Shown here: piece after piece, positions 20,401-28,661 of the stretch
How the letters are laid out: each line of letters begins with the position of its first letter
Numbering within the stretch: the stretch's first letter is position 1
Assembly (NCBI GenBank): GCA_034667685.1
Contig: JAXDQU010000042.1
Location: forward strand, 1 to 62,636
DNA: 62,636 nucleotides
Direction of reading: 5' to 3'
Source of the DNA: Thermoplasmata archaeon
GTDB taxonomy: Archaea; Thermoplasmatota; SW-10-69-26; JACQPN01; JAJPHT01
Made by a program: the position numbers and the translations under genes
Notes under the pieces: model-generated
The model's database searches: none
What the model saw: only the letters and a program-made list of their open reading frames with translations
Told to the model about the DNA's origin: nothing

Positions 20401-22171
20401 CAGGGCCGGTCAGGGCGGTCAGGTTCCCCACACCGGGGAACTCGTTCCAGTAGAGCAGGCCGGTCGCGTTCCAGGCCGTGCTTCCCACGCGCGTGTTGAC
20501 GGCGACGATCATGGTGTGATTGCCGCCCAAGCCGGCGGGCGAGACGTTCACGCTCTTCGTGTAGACGATGGTCTGCGCGGTCGGGTTGCGCGCGTCGGTG
20601 CCGTTCGCGATGAGGACCAGCGCGCCGGTGTCGTTCTGGGCCCAGACGGCCCACTCGCCGTTCACCGGGCAGAGCAACGCGAGGCTGCACTGGCTCACCG
20701 TCGCGCGGTACGAGAAGTTCAGCGTGCGCGGCGACGCGCTCCAGGCCAGGCCTGGGCTGAGCGTGACGTTGTAGGGCGCCGTGACGGCGTCGGGCATGGG
20801 TATGGCGTGTGCCTCGTTGCTTGGGCTGCTTGATCCAGCGGGGTCCCGCGCGACGACGTAGTAGTAGATTGTCGTCCCGTTGGGCTGGTTGGGGTCCGTC
20901 GCGTTCGTCGCGCCGTTCACCGTGCCCACGAGGGTCTCGTTGCCGCTGGCGAGTCCGCGGTAGATGTCGTACGAGAGGTTCGTCGCGGATCCATTGTCGG
21001 TCGGCCTTTGCCAGGAGATGAGGATGGAGCCTACTGAGGTTCCGGGGGCGGCCGTGAGGTTGCGCGGGGCGGTGGGGACGGAGAACGTCCTGCCAGAGAC
21101 AGCGTTGCTGGCATTGCCCTCGCCGGCGACGTTGACGGCCTTGACTTCGTACCAGCGGGTGACGCCCGCGCTCAAGCCCACGTCCGTGAAGGTCGTGAGG
21201 GGCGTCGTGTTGAGGAACGTGTAGTTCGTGTTGTCGTTGCTGGCGTAGACGTTGTAGTAGAGGATGGACGCGCCGCCGTTGTCCTTGGGCGGCGCCCACG
21301 TGAGGCTGATCTGCCCCGCGCCAGGGCCCGTCTGCGCCGGACCCAATGTGGGCGGGTTCGGGGGCGTCGTCATCCAGACGCGCAGCTCGCCGAAGTCCAT
21401 GCCGTACAGCGCGGGGGGCACGAGGCCCGAGCTCGTGTAGGTCGAGGTGAACGTGATGTAGTAGATTCCGTTGGGCTGGTCAGGACTCTGAGGTGCTTGG
21501 CCGCCGGGGCTTTGTTCGGCGGACGAGTAGAGAGCCTGGAGGGGATTGTTGATCGGGCGAGTCGTCCCGATCGTGTTGCCCGAGCTGTCGGTGGCGAGCG
21601 AAGAGAAGTTGAACGTATTGGGATCAATCGAGATGTTCACGTTGTACCACGTCGAGGGCGTCGCGTTGAACATCGGCGGGTACGCCTGATAGGAGCTACC
21701 GTTGCCCGCGAACAGGAAGACCTGGTTGCGGGCCGAGCCTCCGGTGAAGTTGATGCCCACGTAGCCACCCTTGTTGAGCGAAACGTTGAACGTGTCCGCG
21801 GTCGCGCCCCCATTCAAGTTGTCAAAATAGGTGCTGATCGAGTAGGGCGCCTTGTCGAGCGGAAGGACGCCACCGAAGTATTTCTGAACGCTGACAAAGG
21901 ATCCCGCAGTCGCGCGCGGGACGAGCTTGAGCGGCACGGTGCCATTGATGGTGTTCGTGGCGTCCGTCGTCGCGGCCTGCCCCGTCGTGTTCCAACCCTT
22001 GCTCACCGCGTTTGAGCTCCCCCACGTGGCGCCCCAATCCTCCTGCGCGCGCACCACCATCGCGTCGGCGGAGGGCACGATGAGCAGCGTGGCCGGAATC
22101 CCGCCTGCTACCAGGATGAGAAGGACGAGAAGGGAGCTGGATCGGTTGGTGGGCTGCTGGGGCGGGCTCAT
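11459..22171 (-). CDS. Giant (3570 aa) secreted surface protein: 2 FN3, Ig-like, DxDGDG Ca-binding repeats, ~2000-aa beta-rich repeat region
   Basis: Uninterrupted ORF; GGAGG before ATG 22171; signal peptide; FN3 LTWAPPKDNGG..YEVKAVN; many DSDGDG repeats; N-x-T sequons. Confidence 0.92.
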   Translation of the reverse strand: MSPPQQPTNRSSSLLVLLILVAGGIPATLLIVPSADAMVVRAQEDWGATWGSSNAVSKGWNTTGQAATTDATNTINGTVPLKLVPRATAGSFVSVQKYFGGVLPLDKAPYSISTYFDNLNGGATADTFNVSLNKGGYVGINFTGGSARNQVFLFAGNGSSYQAYPPMFNATPSTWYNVNISIDPNTFNFSSLATDSSGNTIGTTRPINNPLQALYSSAEQSPGGQAPQSPDQPNGIYYITFTSTYTSSGLVPPALYGMDFGELRVWMTTPPNPPTLGPAQTGPGAGQISLTWAPPKDNGGASILYYNVYASNDNTNYTFLNTTPLTTFTDVGLSAGVTRWYEVKAVNVAGEGNASNAVSGRTFSVPTAPRNLTAAPGTSVGSILISWQRPTDNGSATNLSYDIYRGLASGNETLVGTVNGATNATDPNQPNGTTIYYYVVARDPAGSSSPSNEAHAIPMPDAVTAPYNVTLSPGLAWSASPRTLNFSYRATVSQCSLALLCPVNGEWAVWAQNDTGALVLIANGTDARNPTAQTIVYTKSVNVSPAGLGGNHTMIVAVNTRVGSTAWNATGLLYWNEFPGVGNLTALTGPAETPTHAAPDGTVSVVGNYTVFENQCGSSQACPVHNDWQILLRGGQLNPRGAILSHGGANHTGHKGNETFAISTSFQTPNVAPGNYTLVLAVRHNATAPWVENSVPFRVDSCTPLADYGTIYDDPLDVPPGLPASPTHYSLAVPGLYTRGPITLYNGCQAWEPGAANDTDYEIGQGGGILHAHTGEDHVMILTRDGRHAAFVVGVDHDGDGRLGDSPLDCVSPPIVDIGLNPCPVGNGDQLLMFLLNDPEHPYITPEGSPIRVPGVIYTHSMCGAPANVPPLLSTRPCPPSGYQADSDGDGLGDQWEKPYKDLAKAHPEIQSTIDSLLQNPIADIDGDGLSTFDEYRWNTVPIGPLTVAGQTYFPNALDYEGTDAQGNANEGWHDGAEHDYWNDPNNDPAFGNVQPGMAAAQDPDMTQAYGRNALPGGNSATTVHNSDSDGDGINDYAEFSQQETFPEFTDSDCAPVEEKCLTPAEEGTHKAAVADPNAPGTGDGIDDYNETLAWEMLEATNASYSGKDLIHLDRDGDGTKTNLLDADSDGDGITDGQEFSIGMHGLCPVACTDPIQFDTDGDGLLDGHSIKVAQSDPRWSIFEGGGIVYINQTDGSRLYQGELDQSPPDDPLSSDTNKNGIPDGQEVGGGAVHPANVDYESQDPTNMEVTDLDQTAATWLQTGEEQLTSYAAISTDVLTPPDLVGNLAAMINPSTDVVAPITSQVWNVDSTIIQATDCIHDLPTGPAASTVQCLVGVAQNAAANTLSLIDTVLPNTLGQGPISGLTSTLPLGALNVSSDTYVVPTVSPSNLTHVLQDPLNLPQGGPQAPDPWSSNAYNGTPVKAIFWNQSVLPQFLASAYGSTGLSGYPFDTLAQSVPPAVVRNVDSGAFNLIVNTTSNPTGAICTSRPIGVPVFISLSGDCNASVTNADLSVTAQPMTDATGTQQIDVQIQNLKAGNLLSPMKVLVVAFVQVPVAAPDGSSGIVAALGDDARNDQTGLPARLDIRVGTNAVQNAILGASSYYSFHIESSDATATTHPVAAYYRVTEPGLNGKQIIPGEMAEVQLAFNQTPSVADGNFSTQTGGFHVKWTGSPVNVFNAKIFTAHAGQNESVNITANGLPATFTTDYYKTDDETKLQHTSGGTIPQLMVAFEGHTPTPTGSQVTHGYLNATSIPAQVTLDINRDTSTALFTPLSASGSAATLGGLDVWSQTYQGTETPCYQAGNSTEYLIFNATATGSCLTIHVTNLGTTTLDYSNNFHLNATRSAQAPAPRLTVQLDSVDGSHIYADALPWPSMADVAYSRGANDVSFTSAMNVPSLSLNVTMHKPVRIVQGHGLTPSSDLKIVALDLPGGINFDASYPTGSITANAVLSRHIRDLSFSYMEGGAPAPGLGDDDGVIISNDATQPAVTAMRLRDFGSASFSASIQGVSLLTDTGSQNPFHLRWVGSGAQWLTSDLPRIPKNVSATIQKDPSHFAIFYNATEKMSGLAGHLNMSDGTFTVAFNLQGFPMNLTLNADMVHYTVDYNASSAPGMLEAHLVGNDGTLVTPTTTTYLVLDQLHTVNVSGTNVPQFHIRASGVTDLHGNFSSHAMTLVYKSNASLQDATIRYVDNQGGWFDQNITGSLPPELNMSFTTNGFRWNATPNYAFSGVGSANFTDFEGKWSFTNLPSLISGNWTKSATGFEFNATSSSNVALLDFNGSARLTPGAPESIVRVRVEGLPPWLDVKGDTTNGTYSVNLSDKNGNVQAAQSLEAAFVSNKDNGFPTISGLSGAVAYGRFDDTGPTAFFFRLPHLENFSARLTPDPLNGLKRNFTYLATTDQEAHVDIAKGDTSIRASADTLPQILNVSLLLTDAHANLTTTTYGATSKLVMEWNNGTTTVRANTSSLPKSLYVDYLNTDSGGNGVARITMHAQTGVTGSFSMTDAGQSLEHTGTGDYITLHQAQNMRLASHVTDLTDLLVDTSQNHIVTKGGTTRNMELDLQTLYVTLTGKIVDLPGNLDLTYPGGTAKNLTWIAGAGTTSAWMHAIIPGNKYFHVDATTLPATFWAEYNDNAASPMGKLWTGDGSAFGSVLFLLAANGCRGFPTMAAPGVAFDLTSGVCMGVKLDHVLHAMGSDAGVLSFQLDTTSATANAQVHFQHSAMGVDLALDSLPSSLTGTFTPSSATTSMMLDLTASTSIGGGTIGYVSTSGDSVNATVTNLPSHVFIELDDTDTWKGLNYNSSASATDNVGFVGDALTSKGWHAHFDVTQIPADFSMLETFDSTGVGMFHYEATTGQLTGEVLAAPQGSHVYQPVDRGQGASVSLSNSNQHAWLRVAGLTKLLITHEDGIDQVSLASSSTRTSAPLHLYYENDSFQAGLDAADLPATVDVTLINHQNYYTGTYTASSGIDYARIQAVTKGQNGDRFDANITNAPASFHFDLNRGATRLFANITRDDTATTAPSVTLSLVKPTDTIYAQGTLQGIPAQTSVQFDTGSTAAEDPQNAPSFAPSACPFKLTTDGSFTSAQLQAGIGDPKSSPTLRAGDGWASINLHDPRRPSIDVKVQGLEDALFCATPDSPFHVMANFTATHQHLNVSFQNQTNQIYAQLDQAPAGDYDISDTFDPATNTTTLEYTSDAATNLGHVNVQTDIPVTLNIGQEKTSYQLVVDGSDVPGYAKIQTNSEKLTLDSNDARIGRLHVTASLIPSSGGAAASSSPAGPFDVPFPHFVVDAPHLNVGDLMVGLADNGKIAWDGSEPNEFDYHSTGNVELALRLEDVTDAKITMAGIVGGISVDNLKLRLHSPLRVYVADGNVRILIPSMPTDIAAHFAMYGISATNPVPWIEADAKPVHDAATIQVLVGTTLNLTVPLAADKDSKLTQLLAQAGTAKFSAEGPTGMALDFVVDGSHFIWEKVTGQNAEIQIDLDGAKGAPATPHFFDIPSASASAIQVGARWGQNGLSIAASSLDITSAALVGAKKDATTGITFFRDGAVGASQATIQFVIDGVQYVAGSDLW

Positions 22172-22381
22172 TCTTGTGCCTCCTGCCAAAGGGGCAGACC
22201 GGCACGAGTTTCGGATCGCGTCGCCATCCGGCTGTCTCCCGAGATTGTCCTAACGCAGAACCCCCCATAAGCCGAATGGAGGAAAAGTGTGAATCGCTCG
22301 GGGTGCAGCACGAGTTACTCAACAGGACAACAAGAGCTTCCGCTAACAAAGGCCGATTCACCACCCCGGGTGGGATTCGAC

Positions 22382-22786
22382 CTATTCTTGGCGCTCCGGG
22401 GGAGGAGCTTTGCTACGATGATCGTCATGCGAGCTCGTTCGCGATCGTCGCCGTTCGCGCCACTCGCGCAGCGCTTGGACCGCGCTGCCGACGAGGACGA
22501 AGGGTAAGGAAAGAAAGAGGCCCGCCACGCCGTACCAAACGAGCGGATCGCTCTGGAACACGAAGCCCGCGCCGCTGACGAGGGCGGCAGTGCAACAGAT
22601 GAGACCTCCTGGAAGGAAAAACAAGTCCTCGGCGTGCCGGTCCCTCACCAGCCTCCGCACGACGATGGGCGTTCGCGTAAGCCCAAAGGCCCCCATTCCT
22701 ACGAGCAGGAGGCCCGAGAGAAGGGTCCCAATGGTCTCCCAATCCAGGGAAGGCAGGTGCGGCAGGTCGAGCCGGGGGGTCCTCAC
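22382..22786 (-). CDS. Small 3-TM membrane protein
   Basis: Three hydrophobic segments; GTGA overlap with upstream wHTH gene. Confidence 0.6.
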   Translation of the reverse strand: MRTPRLDLPHLPSLDWETIGTLLSGLLLVGMGAFGLTRTPIVVRRLVRDRHAEDLFFLPGGLICCTAALVSGAGFVFQSDPLVWYGVAGLFLSLPFVLVGSAVQALREWRERRRSRTSSHDDHRSKAPPPERQE

Positions 22787-23373
22787 GCGCGTGCCTCCCG
22801 ACTCGCCGACTGTGCATCTCCGCCGCGACCCCCTACCCGGCGACGCAACGCATGGGCTTCTTCGGTCAAGGCGAGGTTGAGCAATCCCCGTGAGCGCTCG
22901 CTCACCACGAGGCCGGCCTTCCGCAGCATCGCAACATGGTAGTAGAGGATACGCGACGAGAGCTTCGTGGCAGCCTGGAGCGTGGCTGTGGAACGACCGT
23001 GGCCCCGATGGATGGCCTCGAGAACGCTGCGCGCGGTTGGCTGCAAAGGACTTGCTTGCGGGGGGAATCCAGCCGGGCATAGGAGGCTTGTACGACCGCG
23101 CTTCTCCCGCCGGATCAACCGCGCACCTTCCAGACGATCAATGTGGAAATAGATGGTGCCGTTGCTAACTCCCATGGCGTTTCGAGCTGCCACCACGGGT
23201 CGCCCGGGATTCTCGCGAACCCAGACGAGAAGCCGCAGGGACATTTCGCCACCGATGTTTCCGGCTACCTTCGGATGCTCTTGCGCCCACGCGTGAAGGA
23301 GGCGCGAGGTCTCCTCGTCGAGATTGCGGAATCGAAGGAGAGTGACCAGTGGCGGATCTTCGGGGCCTGGCAT
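22783..23373 (-). CDS. Double winged-helix transcriptional regulator
   Basis: VRENPG..GVSNGTIYFHIDRLEGARLI and LSSRILYYHVAMLRKAGLV. Confidence 0.85.
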   Translation of the reverse strand: MPGPEDPPLVTLLRFRNLDEETSRLLHAWAQEHPKVAGNIGGEMSLRLLVWVRENPGRPVVAARNAMGVSNGTIYFHIDRLEGARLIRREKRGRTSLLCPAGFPPQASPLQPTARSVLEAIHRGHGRSTATLQAATKLSSRILYYHVAMLRKAGLVVSERSRGLLNLALTEEAHALRRRVGGRGGDAQSASREARA

Positions 23374-23384
23374 TTTGACACGCC

Positions 23385-23867
23385 TCAGCCAGTCTCAGAC
23401 GTCGGAGTCGTGTCGTTGAGCGGCGAGACGCCCACGACGACCTGCTCGTGCTGGTATTCGCAACCCGGATCGTCGAACTTTGTCCAGTCGATGACCGCGG
23501 GCCTCGCCGGATCGGTGCGCATCGTCGCGTTGAGCTTCGAGAGGAGCGCGGTGTCGTTCGTCTTGACGGAAAACTCCTGCGCGGTCTGCGTGTCGTAGAC
23601 GTAGGTGTTGTTCTCTTTCCGATATTCCGTGGTGAACTGAATGCGCCAGTCGTAGATCCCGCAGTAGCTGCTCGACTGGCCATTCTGCGAAGTGTGCTCG
23701 ACTCGCGCCTGGTAGACGCCCACGATCAAGGCTCGGAGCGCTCCGCCGCCGGCCTTCCCCGAGGCGGGCGTGACGCTGGGAGCGGGGATCTGGAGGCAGC
23801 CCGCAACGAGAAGAGACACGAGGAGGAGCGTAGGGATCAAGCGGTTGGTGGTCATGCTTCTTTTCAC
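23385..23867 (-). CDS. Lipoprotein sharing a domain with the upstream membrane protein
   Basis: LVAGC lipobox; IVGVYQ..DWRIQFTT..VYDT..DPGC.Y.H. Confidence 0.8.
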   Translation of the reverse strand: MKRSMTTNRLIPTLLLVSLLVAGCLQIPAPSVTPASGKAGGGALRALIVGVYQARVEHTSQNGQSSSYCGIYDWRIQFTTEYRKENNTYVYDTQTAQEFSVKTNDTALLSKLNATMRTDPARPAVIDWTKFDDPGCEYQHEQVVVGVSPLNDTTPTSETG

Positions 23868-23876
23868 CCGTTGATA

Positions 23877-24545
23877 TCACGATGGGAGTACGATGATGCT
23901 CTTGGCGACTTCTGCGTGTTCGTAGCGACAGCCCGGATCGCGGAGGCGATCCCACGAGATGAGGGCGGGGATGCCCGCGCGCATTGTCTGGTTGTAGGCA
24001 GCCAGGACATTCGGCTCGTCTACGAGCGAGTATTCCTGCGTCGCGTTGGTGTCGTACACGATCGCGCCGCTTTCGGTGCGGTGGTAGCTCGTCGTGAAGA
24101 GGACACGCCAGTCGCTTGCGGAGCAGCCCACGATGCGCGTGACGGGCTCTTGGTAGACGCCCACGATGAAGGCGTCCACCTGGCCCGCGGCGATGGTCGA
24201 GCTGGAACCATCGTGGGGGGTCAGCCCGCGAGCGTCGATCGCGTACATCATGAAGGCCAGAATACTGCCACCGACGACCGCCAAGACGAGGAACGAGACG
24301 CCAACCCGCCGAGCCATCATGCTGGGGGCAGCCTTGAAGCGCCAGTTCATCAGCAGCAAGAGCACTCCCATCCCGACGAAGATCGACAGCAAGAGAGGCA
24401 TCGCAATCGCCCAAGGCATCTCCCAGGCGAACAGCCCACCGACCCCGAATGCAATCATAACGAATGCCGGGGTCCTCACGATGGACGGCACGAGGGCGTC
24501 GCCCCACTCGCCGGATGAGCCCTCGGGGAGAGGGTCATCGATCAT
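23877..24545 (-). CDS. 3-TM membrane protein with extracellular domain paralogous to 23385-23867
   Basis: TMs followed by IVGVYQ..DWRVLFTT..VYDT..DPGCRYEH; ATGA overlap. Confidence 0.8.
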   Translation of the reverse strand: MIDDPLPEGSSGEWGDALVPSIVRTPAFVMIAFGVGGLFAWEMPWAIAMPLLLSIFVGMGVLLLLMNWRFKAAPSMMARRVGVSFLVLAVVGGSILAFMMYAIDARGLTPHDGSSSTIAAGQVDAFIVGVYQEPVTRIVGCSASDWRVLFTTSYHRTESGAIVYDTNATQEYSLVDEPNVLAAYNQTMRAGIPALISWDRLRDPGCRYEHAEVAKSIIVLPS

Positions 24546-25450
24546 GATGGACCCTCCCGCGCCGCGATGGGGCTCGCGCCATTCGTCGTGGCTTGCGTGG
24601 TCCTCGCCCGCTTGACGTACAGACCCGCTGTGAGGGCGATGATGGCGACGGCCGGGTAGTAGGCCCAGCGCCCCAGCTCGTCGAGCCCGTCGATGCCGGT
24701 TCCGGCGAGGATGGCGCCCACGGTGCAGGCTAAGGCGATTCCGGTCACGCCGAGGACCGCGGCGATCTTCTGTCCCTCGGCGCGCAGGTCGCGCACGATG
24801 AGCACGAGGAGCCAAAGGCCGAGCACACCAAGCGCGGCCATCAAGAGCCGCACCAGCGCCTGGCTGATATCCTGCGCGAACCCGTCACCAAGCGCCGGGA
24901 GCAGGACGATCGCAACGGAAGAGAGCAGTCGAGCCAAGAGCGCGAGGGAGGCAATGCGTGCGGCGGTTGGGGACGTGATGAGTCGGGGCTCGCGCGCACC
25001 GTGGTGGAGGAGCCAGGCGACGTAGAGCGTGAGGGCTGTCGGGGCGTAGCTAAAGATGTAGAGGCCGCCCGTGCGGTGGTCGCAGAAGGCGGCGCAGGGG
25101 TCCCGCCAGACGACGATGGCGAGGACAAAAGCGACAGTGTTCATGATGCTGAACCAAAGGCGTTGCCAGGGCGCCCACTCGTAGGAGGGGGACGCGTTCG
25201 CGGTCATCCGGGCCGTCGCGGCGAGCGCGATGCCCAAGGGAAGGGCCCCGAAGTAAGCCAGGGAGACCGCGGTCGACGTCTTCGCGAACCCGGCGCTGCG
25301 CAGGACGACGCTCATGCCCGTGAGGGCGTAGACGTTGAAGTAGACGCCCAGCGCGAAATAGAATGGATGCGGGCGGATCATCACAAGAAGGGCCGCGACG
25401 AAGTAGGCGACGGGCGCGGTGGCTTGGACGAGGGCGAAGAGGTTCGGCAT
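24542..25450 (-). CDS. Polytopic membrane protein
   Basis: About 8-9 hydrophobic segments. Confidence 0.7.
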   Translation of the reverse strand: MPNLFALVQATAPVAYFVAALLVMIRPHPFYFALGVYFNVYALTGMSVVLRSAGFAKTSTAVSLAYFGALPLGIALAATARMTANASPSYEWAPWQRLWFSIMNTVAFVLAIVVWRDPCAAFCDHRTGGLYIFSYAPTALTLYVAWLLHHGAREPRLITSPTAARIASLALLARLLSSVAIVLLPALGDGFAQDISQALVRLLMAALGVLGLWLLVLIVRDLRAEGQKIAAVLGVTGIALACTVGAILAGTGIDGLDELGRWAYYPAVAIIALTAGLYVKRARTTQATTNGASPIAAREGPS

Positions 25451-25588
25451 GGGACTTTCACTGGAATGGGTTTCCGAAGAATCGGCCGTAATGGCCGCGC
25501 GGCGCGGCCGGGGTATGACATGAGGACGGTCCGGCCAGAGGGGCCTGCTCGGCGACAGTCTTGACGAGGTTCGTCGATCTTGTCTCCC

Positions 25589-26143
25589 TCATGCTCGGCC
25601 CCCCCAGGGTCGATCGCGACTGCTGAGTCGCAGCGCTGTCAACACAGCCGGGTCGCTGCCGATCAGCGCGCGCACGCTGGGCTCGGTGGCGAGGAGTCGT
25701 GCGGCGTCGAGGTCGGCCTCCGATGCCAGGAGCACGAATTCGCGGACGCGCTCAGCGTCGCGTCGATTCGCCGCGTAGCATGCCGCTCCCAGTGCGGCCT
25801 CTTCGTTTCCCGCGGAATGGGCGCGTCGCCACAGGTCATACGCGACGACTTGTTGGCCAAGGTTTGCGCGTAGCCAAGCCTCGTGCTCCATGAGGTACGA
25901 GCTGGTGGGGGCCAATTCACGCGCTCTCATGATGTGGACGAGCGCCGCCTCGTAGTCATCTGCCGTGGTGAAGTAGTCGGCGAGCCTGGAATATTCGTCC
26001 GCGCCGAACTCCTCGTCGTGTGGAGTCTTGTAGAACAGCGCCTGCCACATGGGACGCAGCCGCTTCGCGGCGGAGGACAGCCTGGTCAGGGCTTGCTCCT
26101 TCGCGAATGCGCGAACCTGGCTCGCGCTGAGACGGCGCATCAT
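25589..26143 (-). CDS. TPR-like protein
   Basis: DYEAALVHIMRARELAP..AWLRANLGQ..AACYAA TPR pattern. Confidence 0.7.
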   Translation of the reverse strand: MMRRLSASQVRAFAKEQALTRLSSAAKRLRPMWQALFYKTPHDEEFGADEYSRLADYFTTADDYEAALVHIMRARELAPTSSYLMEHEAWLRANLGQQVVAYDLWRRAHSAGNEEAALGAACYAANRRDAERVREFVLLASEADLDAARLLATEPSVRALIGSDPAVLTALRLSSRDRPWGGRA

Positions 26144-26298
26144 CTGGACCTACCTTGGAATGCCCCTGCGGCGCGCGGTCCAGGAGGCCAGGGACCGCGC
26201 GCCACAAGGGCGGTGAGGAGGCCACGCGGGAGGCGAGGCCGAACTCCAGCACGCCGACCGTTACAATAAGGTTTTCTGGCCCATAGGCTCCGAAGCCC

Positions 26299-26847
26299 TT
26301 AGTGGAGGGCCTTTCGGAGGCTGGGCGTCGCAGAATATTTGGGCCGCAGGCCGGGCTCGACCTGGACGTAGCCGGCGTCGATTAGGAGCCTCATGTGCTC
26401 CCGGACAGTCCTTTCCACGATCCCGACTGCGTCCGCCAGCTCGGCCGACGTCCTGGGCGCCTCGGCGATGAGTTCAGCCATGCGGCGACGCGCGGGCAAC
26501 TCGAGGACGCCTTGGTTGGGCGGCGCGGCTCCGGTCGGGTAGAGCTGCGTGCGGCGGCCCACGATCCGCGTTTCGACGAGATCGGCCTCGACAAGCCGTT
26601 TCACGTGCTCGCGGAGCGCTCCGCCCACGATCTCGACCCGCCGGCCCAGCTCGCCCAGCGAGATGCCCGGCTCGGCCTTGATCGCCGCCAGGATGAACCT
26701 GCGGCGCGGCGACTCCAGGATCTTGTCGGGATCGTTGCCCAAGGGCGGTCGGCCACCCGGCGCGTGCGAGAGCAACGGAAAGACGACCGGGATCGCCTTG
26801 CAGACGAGGAGGAAGCGCTGCCAGTCGAGGGCCTCCTCCAGCAACAT
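26299..26847 (-). CDS. Double winged-helix (ArsR-like) regulator
   Basis: ILESPRRRFILAAIKAEPGISLGEL..HVKRLVEADLV; TSAELADAVGIVERTVREHMRLLIDAGYV. Confidence 0.85.
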   Translation of the reverse strand: MLLEEALDWQRFLLVCKAIPVVFPLLSHAPGGRPPLGNDPDKILESPRRRFILAAIKAEPGISLGELGRRVEIVGGALREHVKRLVEADLVETRIVGRRTQLYPTGAAPPNQGVLELPARRRMAELIAEAPRTSAELADAVGIVERTVREHMRLLIDAGYVQVEPGLRPKYSATPSLRKALH

Positions 26848-26875
26848 CGCACCGGCTCCGGACCCTTCGGTCGGC

Positions 26876-28402
26876 TTATGGCTGCTTTGGTCCTCGGCCT
26901 TGCGCCCGCGAGCGGGCCTTGGCGAGGGCTGCGATCCAGGAGGGCTCGTCGGCGAGGCGGGGGAAGGTGGTCTGGTCGATATCGAAGGCGAGGCTGGGCG
27001 TCAGTTCGAGCGCGCGGAGAGCCCAGGCTTCGACGTCCTGTGGCGAGGCGTTCGTTTGTTCCAGAAGCAGAGCTGCTTGAAGTGCGGGCGTCCCGTCGAT
27101 GGAGCCTACCAGGGCTCGGTCGTAGACACGGAGCGCTTTCGCGACGCGGCCCAAGTTGCCCAGGGCTTCCGCCTCGGCGAGAAGGAGCGAAGGATTCCCC
27201 AGGCCTATCCTGCGCGCCCATCGGGCCAGGCGGAGGGCGCGATGAGCCTCGCCGCGGGTCAAGGCGGTCTGCACGTCCTCGTCGATGCTCTCGGAGAGGC
27301 AGGCCCGGAGGCGCCTGCCGAAGGAGCGGTAGACGACGTAGCCGCCGCCTGTTGCTCCCACGACGGCGGCGCCCAGGGCGAGCGCGAGCAGGGGGGACGC
27401 TGGGGAAGCAGGGGTGGGAACGACGCGCTGGAAGGATGTCGAGATGATTGAGCCCGCTACGTCGAGCTGGGCCACGTCCGCTGAGCTCGTCGGCGTCAGG
27501 GACGTGTCGAGGGTTCCCGTGATGGTTTCTTCGGAGGAGGTCGCGGTGTAGGCCGCTTGCGAGCCGAGGAGTTGTTCCTTGGCGTTGGGCGCGTTGGTGA
27601 AGCTTAACGTGCCCGTGAAGTGAGTCGAGGCCGCGTCGGCGATCAGCTCGACGGGCGCCTTTGAATCGAGCGTGAACGTGGCACCCTCGACCTCGACGTA
27701 GCTCCAAGTTACGGTTTCCGTCCCCACAGGGCCGTTGGGCTCCCTATCACCCGTCGCGTAGTGGTGCGCTCCTTCGCTGCTGGAGAAGTCGAGGGCAAGG
27801 CCGCGGATCTTAAGGATTCCAGTGAAGGTGCCCTCGACGTGCCCCGCCGTCATGATCAGAAGGTTGGGTGAGTCGACCGATTTCTCGAAGAACGTTCTGT
27901 TTCGCGTGTCACCGGAATCTGTGGTGTTGGTGAAGTCGCGGCTCAGAAGCGCAGCTTGCTGGCTCGGGAGGACCGAGAGATGTTGGGTGCTGATGTTGAC
28001 GCGGAGCGAGCTGGCGTCCAGCCCGACGTATTGCACGCCGCCTGCGGCGCCGGTTGTGCTGAGAACGAAAGTGGAGCCCGCGTGGCAATCGGGTGCCTCG
28101 GACGGGTTCGGGATCTCGTTTCGCATGCCTCCCACGACCGGGACTGAAGCTGTCCTTGCGAACTGTTTGCTATCGAGACATGCCCGGCCGTGAGGCGCGC
28201 GCAGGTTGAGCGTCAGCCCGGCGGAGAGGTTTGGGACGAGAATCCCGCTGACGTTCGACAGGGTCGCATTCGCGGGTCCTGCAAGCACGACCGTGCCTTG
28301 GGTCGCGAGCAGGCCGTGCACGTCATCGGCGGCGGCAGCGGTCGTGGGAACGACGAGGAGGAGCGCGGCAAGTAACGCGAACCCCTCCCACCCGCGATGC
28401 AT
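26876..28402 (-). CDS. Type I membrane protein with beta-rich ectodomain and cytoplasmic TPR
   Basis: Signal peptide; TM LLALALGAAVVGATGGGYVVY; AEALGNLGRVAKALRVYDRAL. Confidence 0.8.
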   Translation of the reverse strand: MHRGWEGFALLAALLLVVPTTAAAADDVHGLLATQGTVVLAGPANATLSNVSGILVPNLSAGLTLNLRAPHGRACLDSKQFARTASVPVVGGMRNEIPNPSEAPDCHAGSTFVLSTTGAAGGVQYVGLDASSLRVNISTQHLSVLPSQQAALLSRDFTNTTDSGDTRNRTFFEKSVDSPNLLIMTAGHVEGTFTGILKIRGLALDFSSSEGAHHYATGDREPNGPVGTETVTWSYVEVEGATFTLDSKAPVELIADAASTHFTGTLSFTNAPNAKEQLLGSQAAYTATSSEETITGTLDTSLTPTSSADVAQLDVAGSIISTSFQRVVPTPASPASPLLALALGAAVVGATGGGYVVYRSFGRRLRACLSESIDEDVQTALTRGEAHRALRLARWARRIGLGNPSLLLAEAEALGNLGRVAKALRVYDRALVGSIDGTPALQAALLLEQTNASPQDVEAWALRALELTPSLAFDIDQTTFPRLADEPSWIAALAKARSRAQGRGPKQP

Positions 28403-28661
28403 TCATCGATCCCTCTTTTTGGCGATGGCGGAGGAGGTTCTTGAAGTTCACCGACTAGGAACCTTGCGAAGGTCTTGCACGATTTGTTGGAGGCGTCATG
28501 TGAAAACAGCCCCCGTGATCGAGGATTATTGTGAATTGTTCCAATTGCTCACCTACGACGAGGTCGTCAGCCGGCTCGATTGCCATATGTCAATCCTACG
28601 GCCTGCCCTCTGGACTCCGAGAGTTTATCATCGGGCGCGGGCGTCACGGAGACGATCCCCC

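Noticed and set aside
12407-21299. Long + strand and alternative-frame ORFs inside the giant gene (also 38630-39907, 53348-55018)
   Set aside because: Shadow ORFs caused by high-GC codon bias of the real genes.
9525-22171. Polymorphic toxin-immunity locus or DGR
   Set aside because: The duplicated tip is conserved, no toxin motif or RHS/YD repeats were seen, no reverse transcriptase is present, and differences are not adenine-specific.
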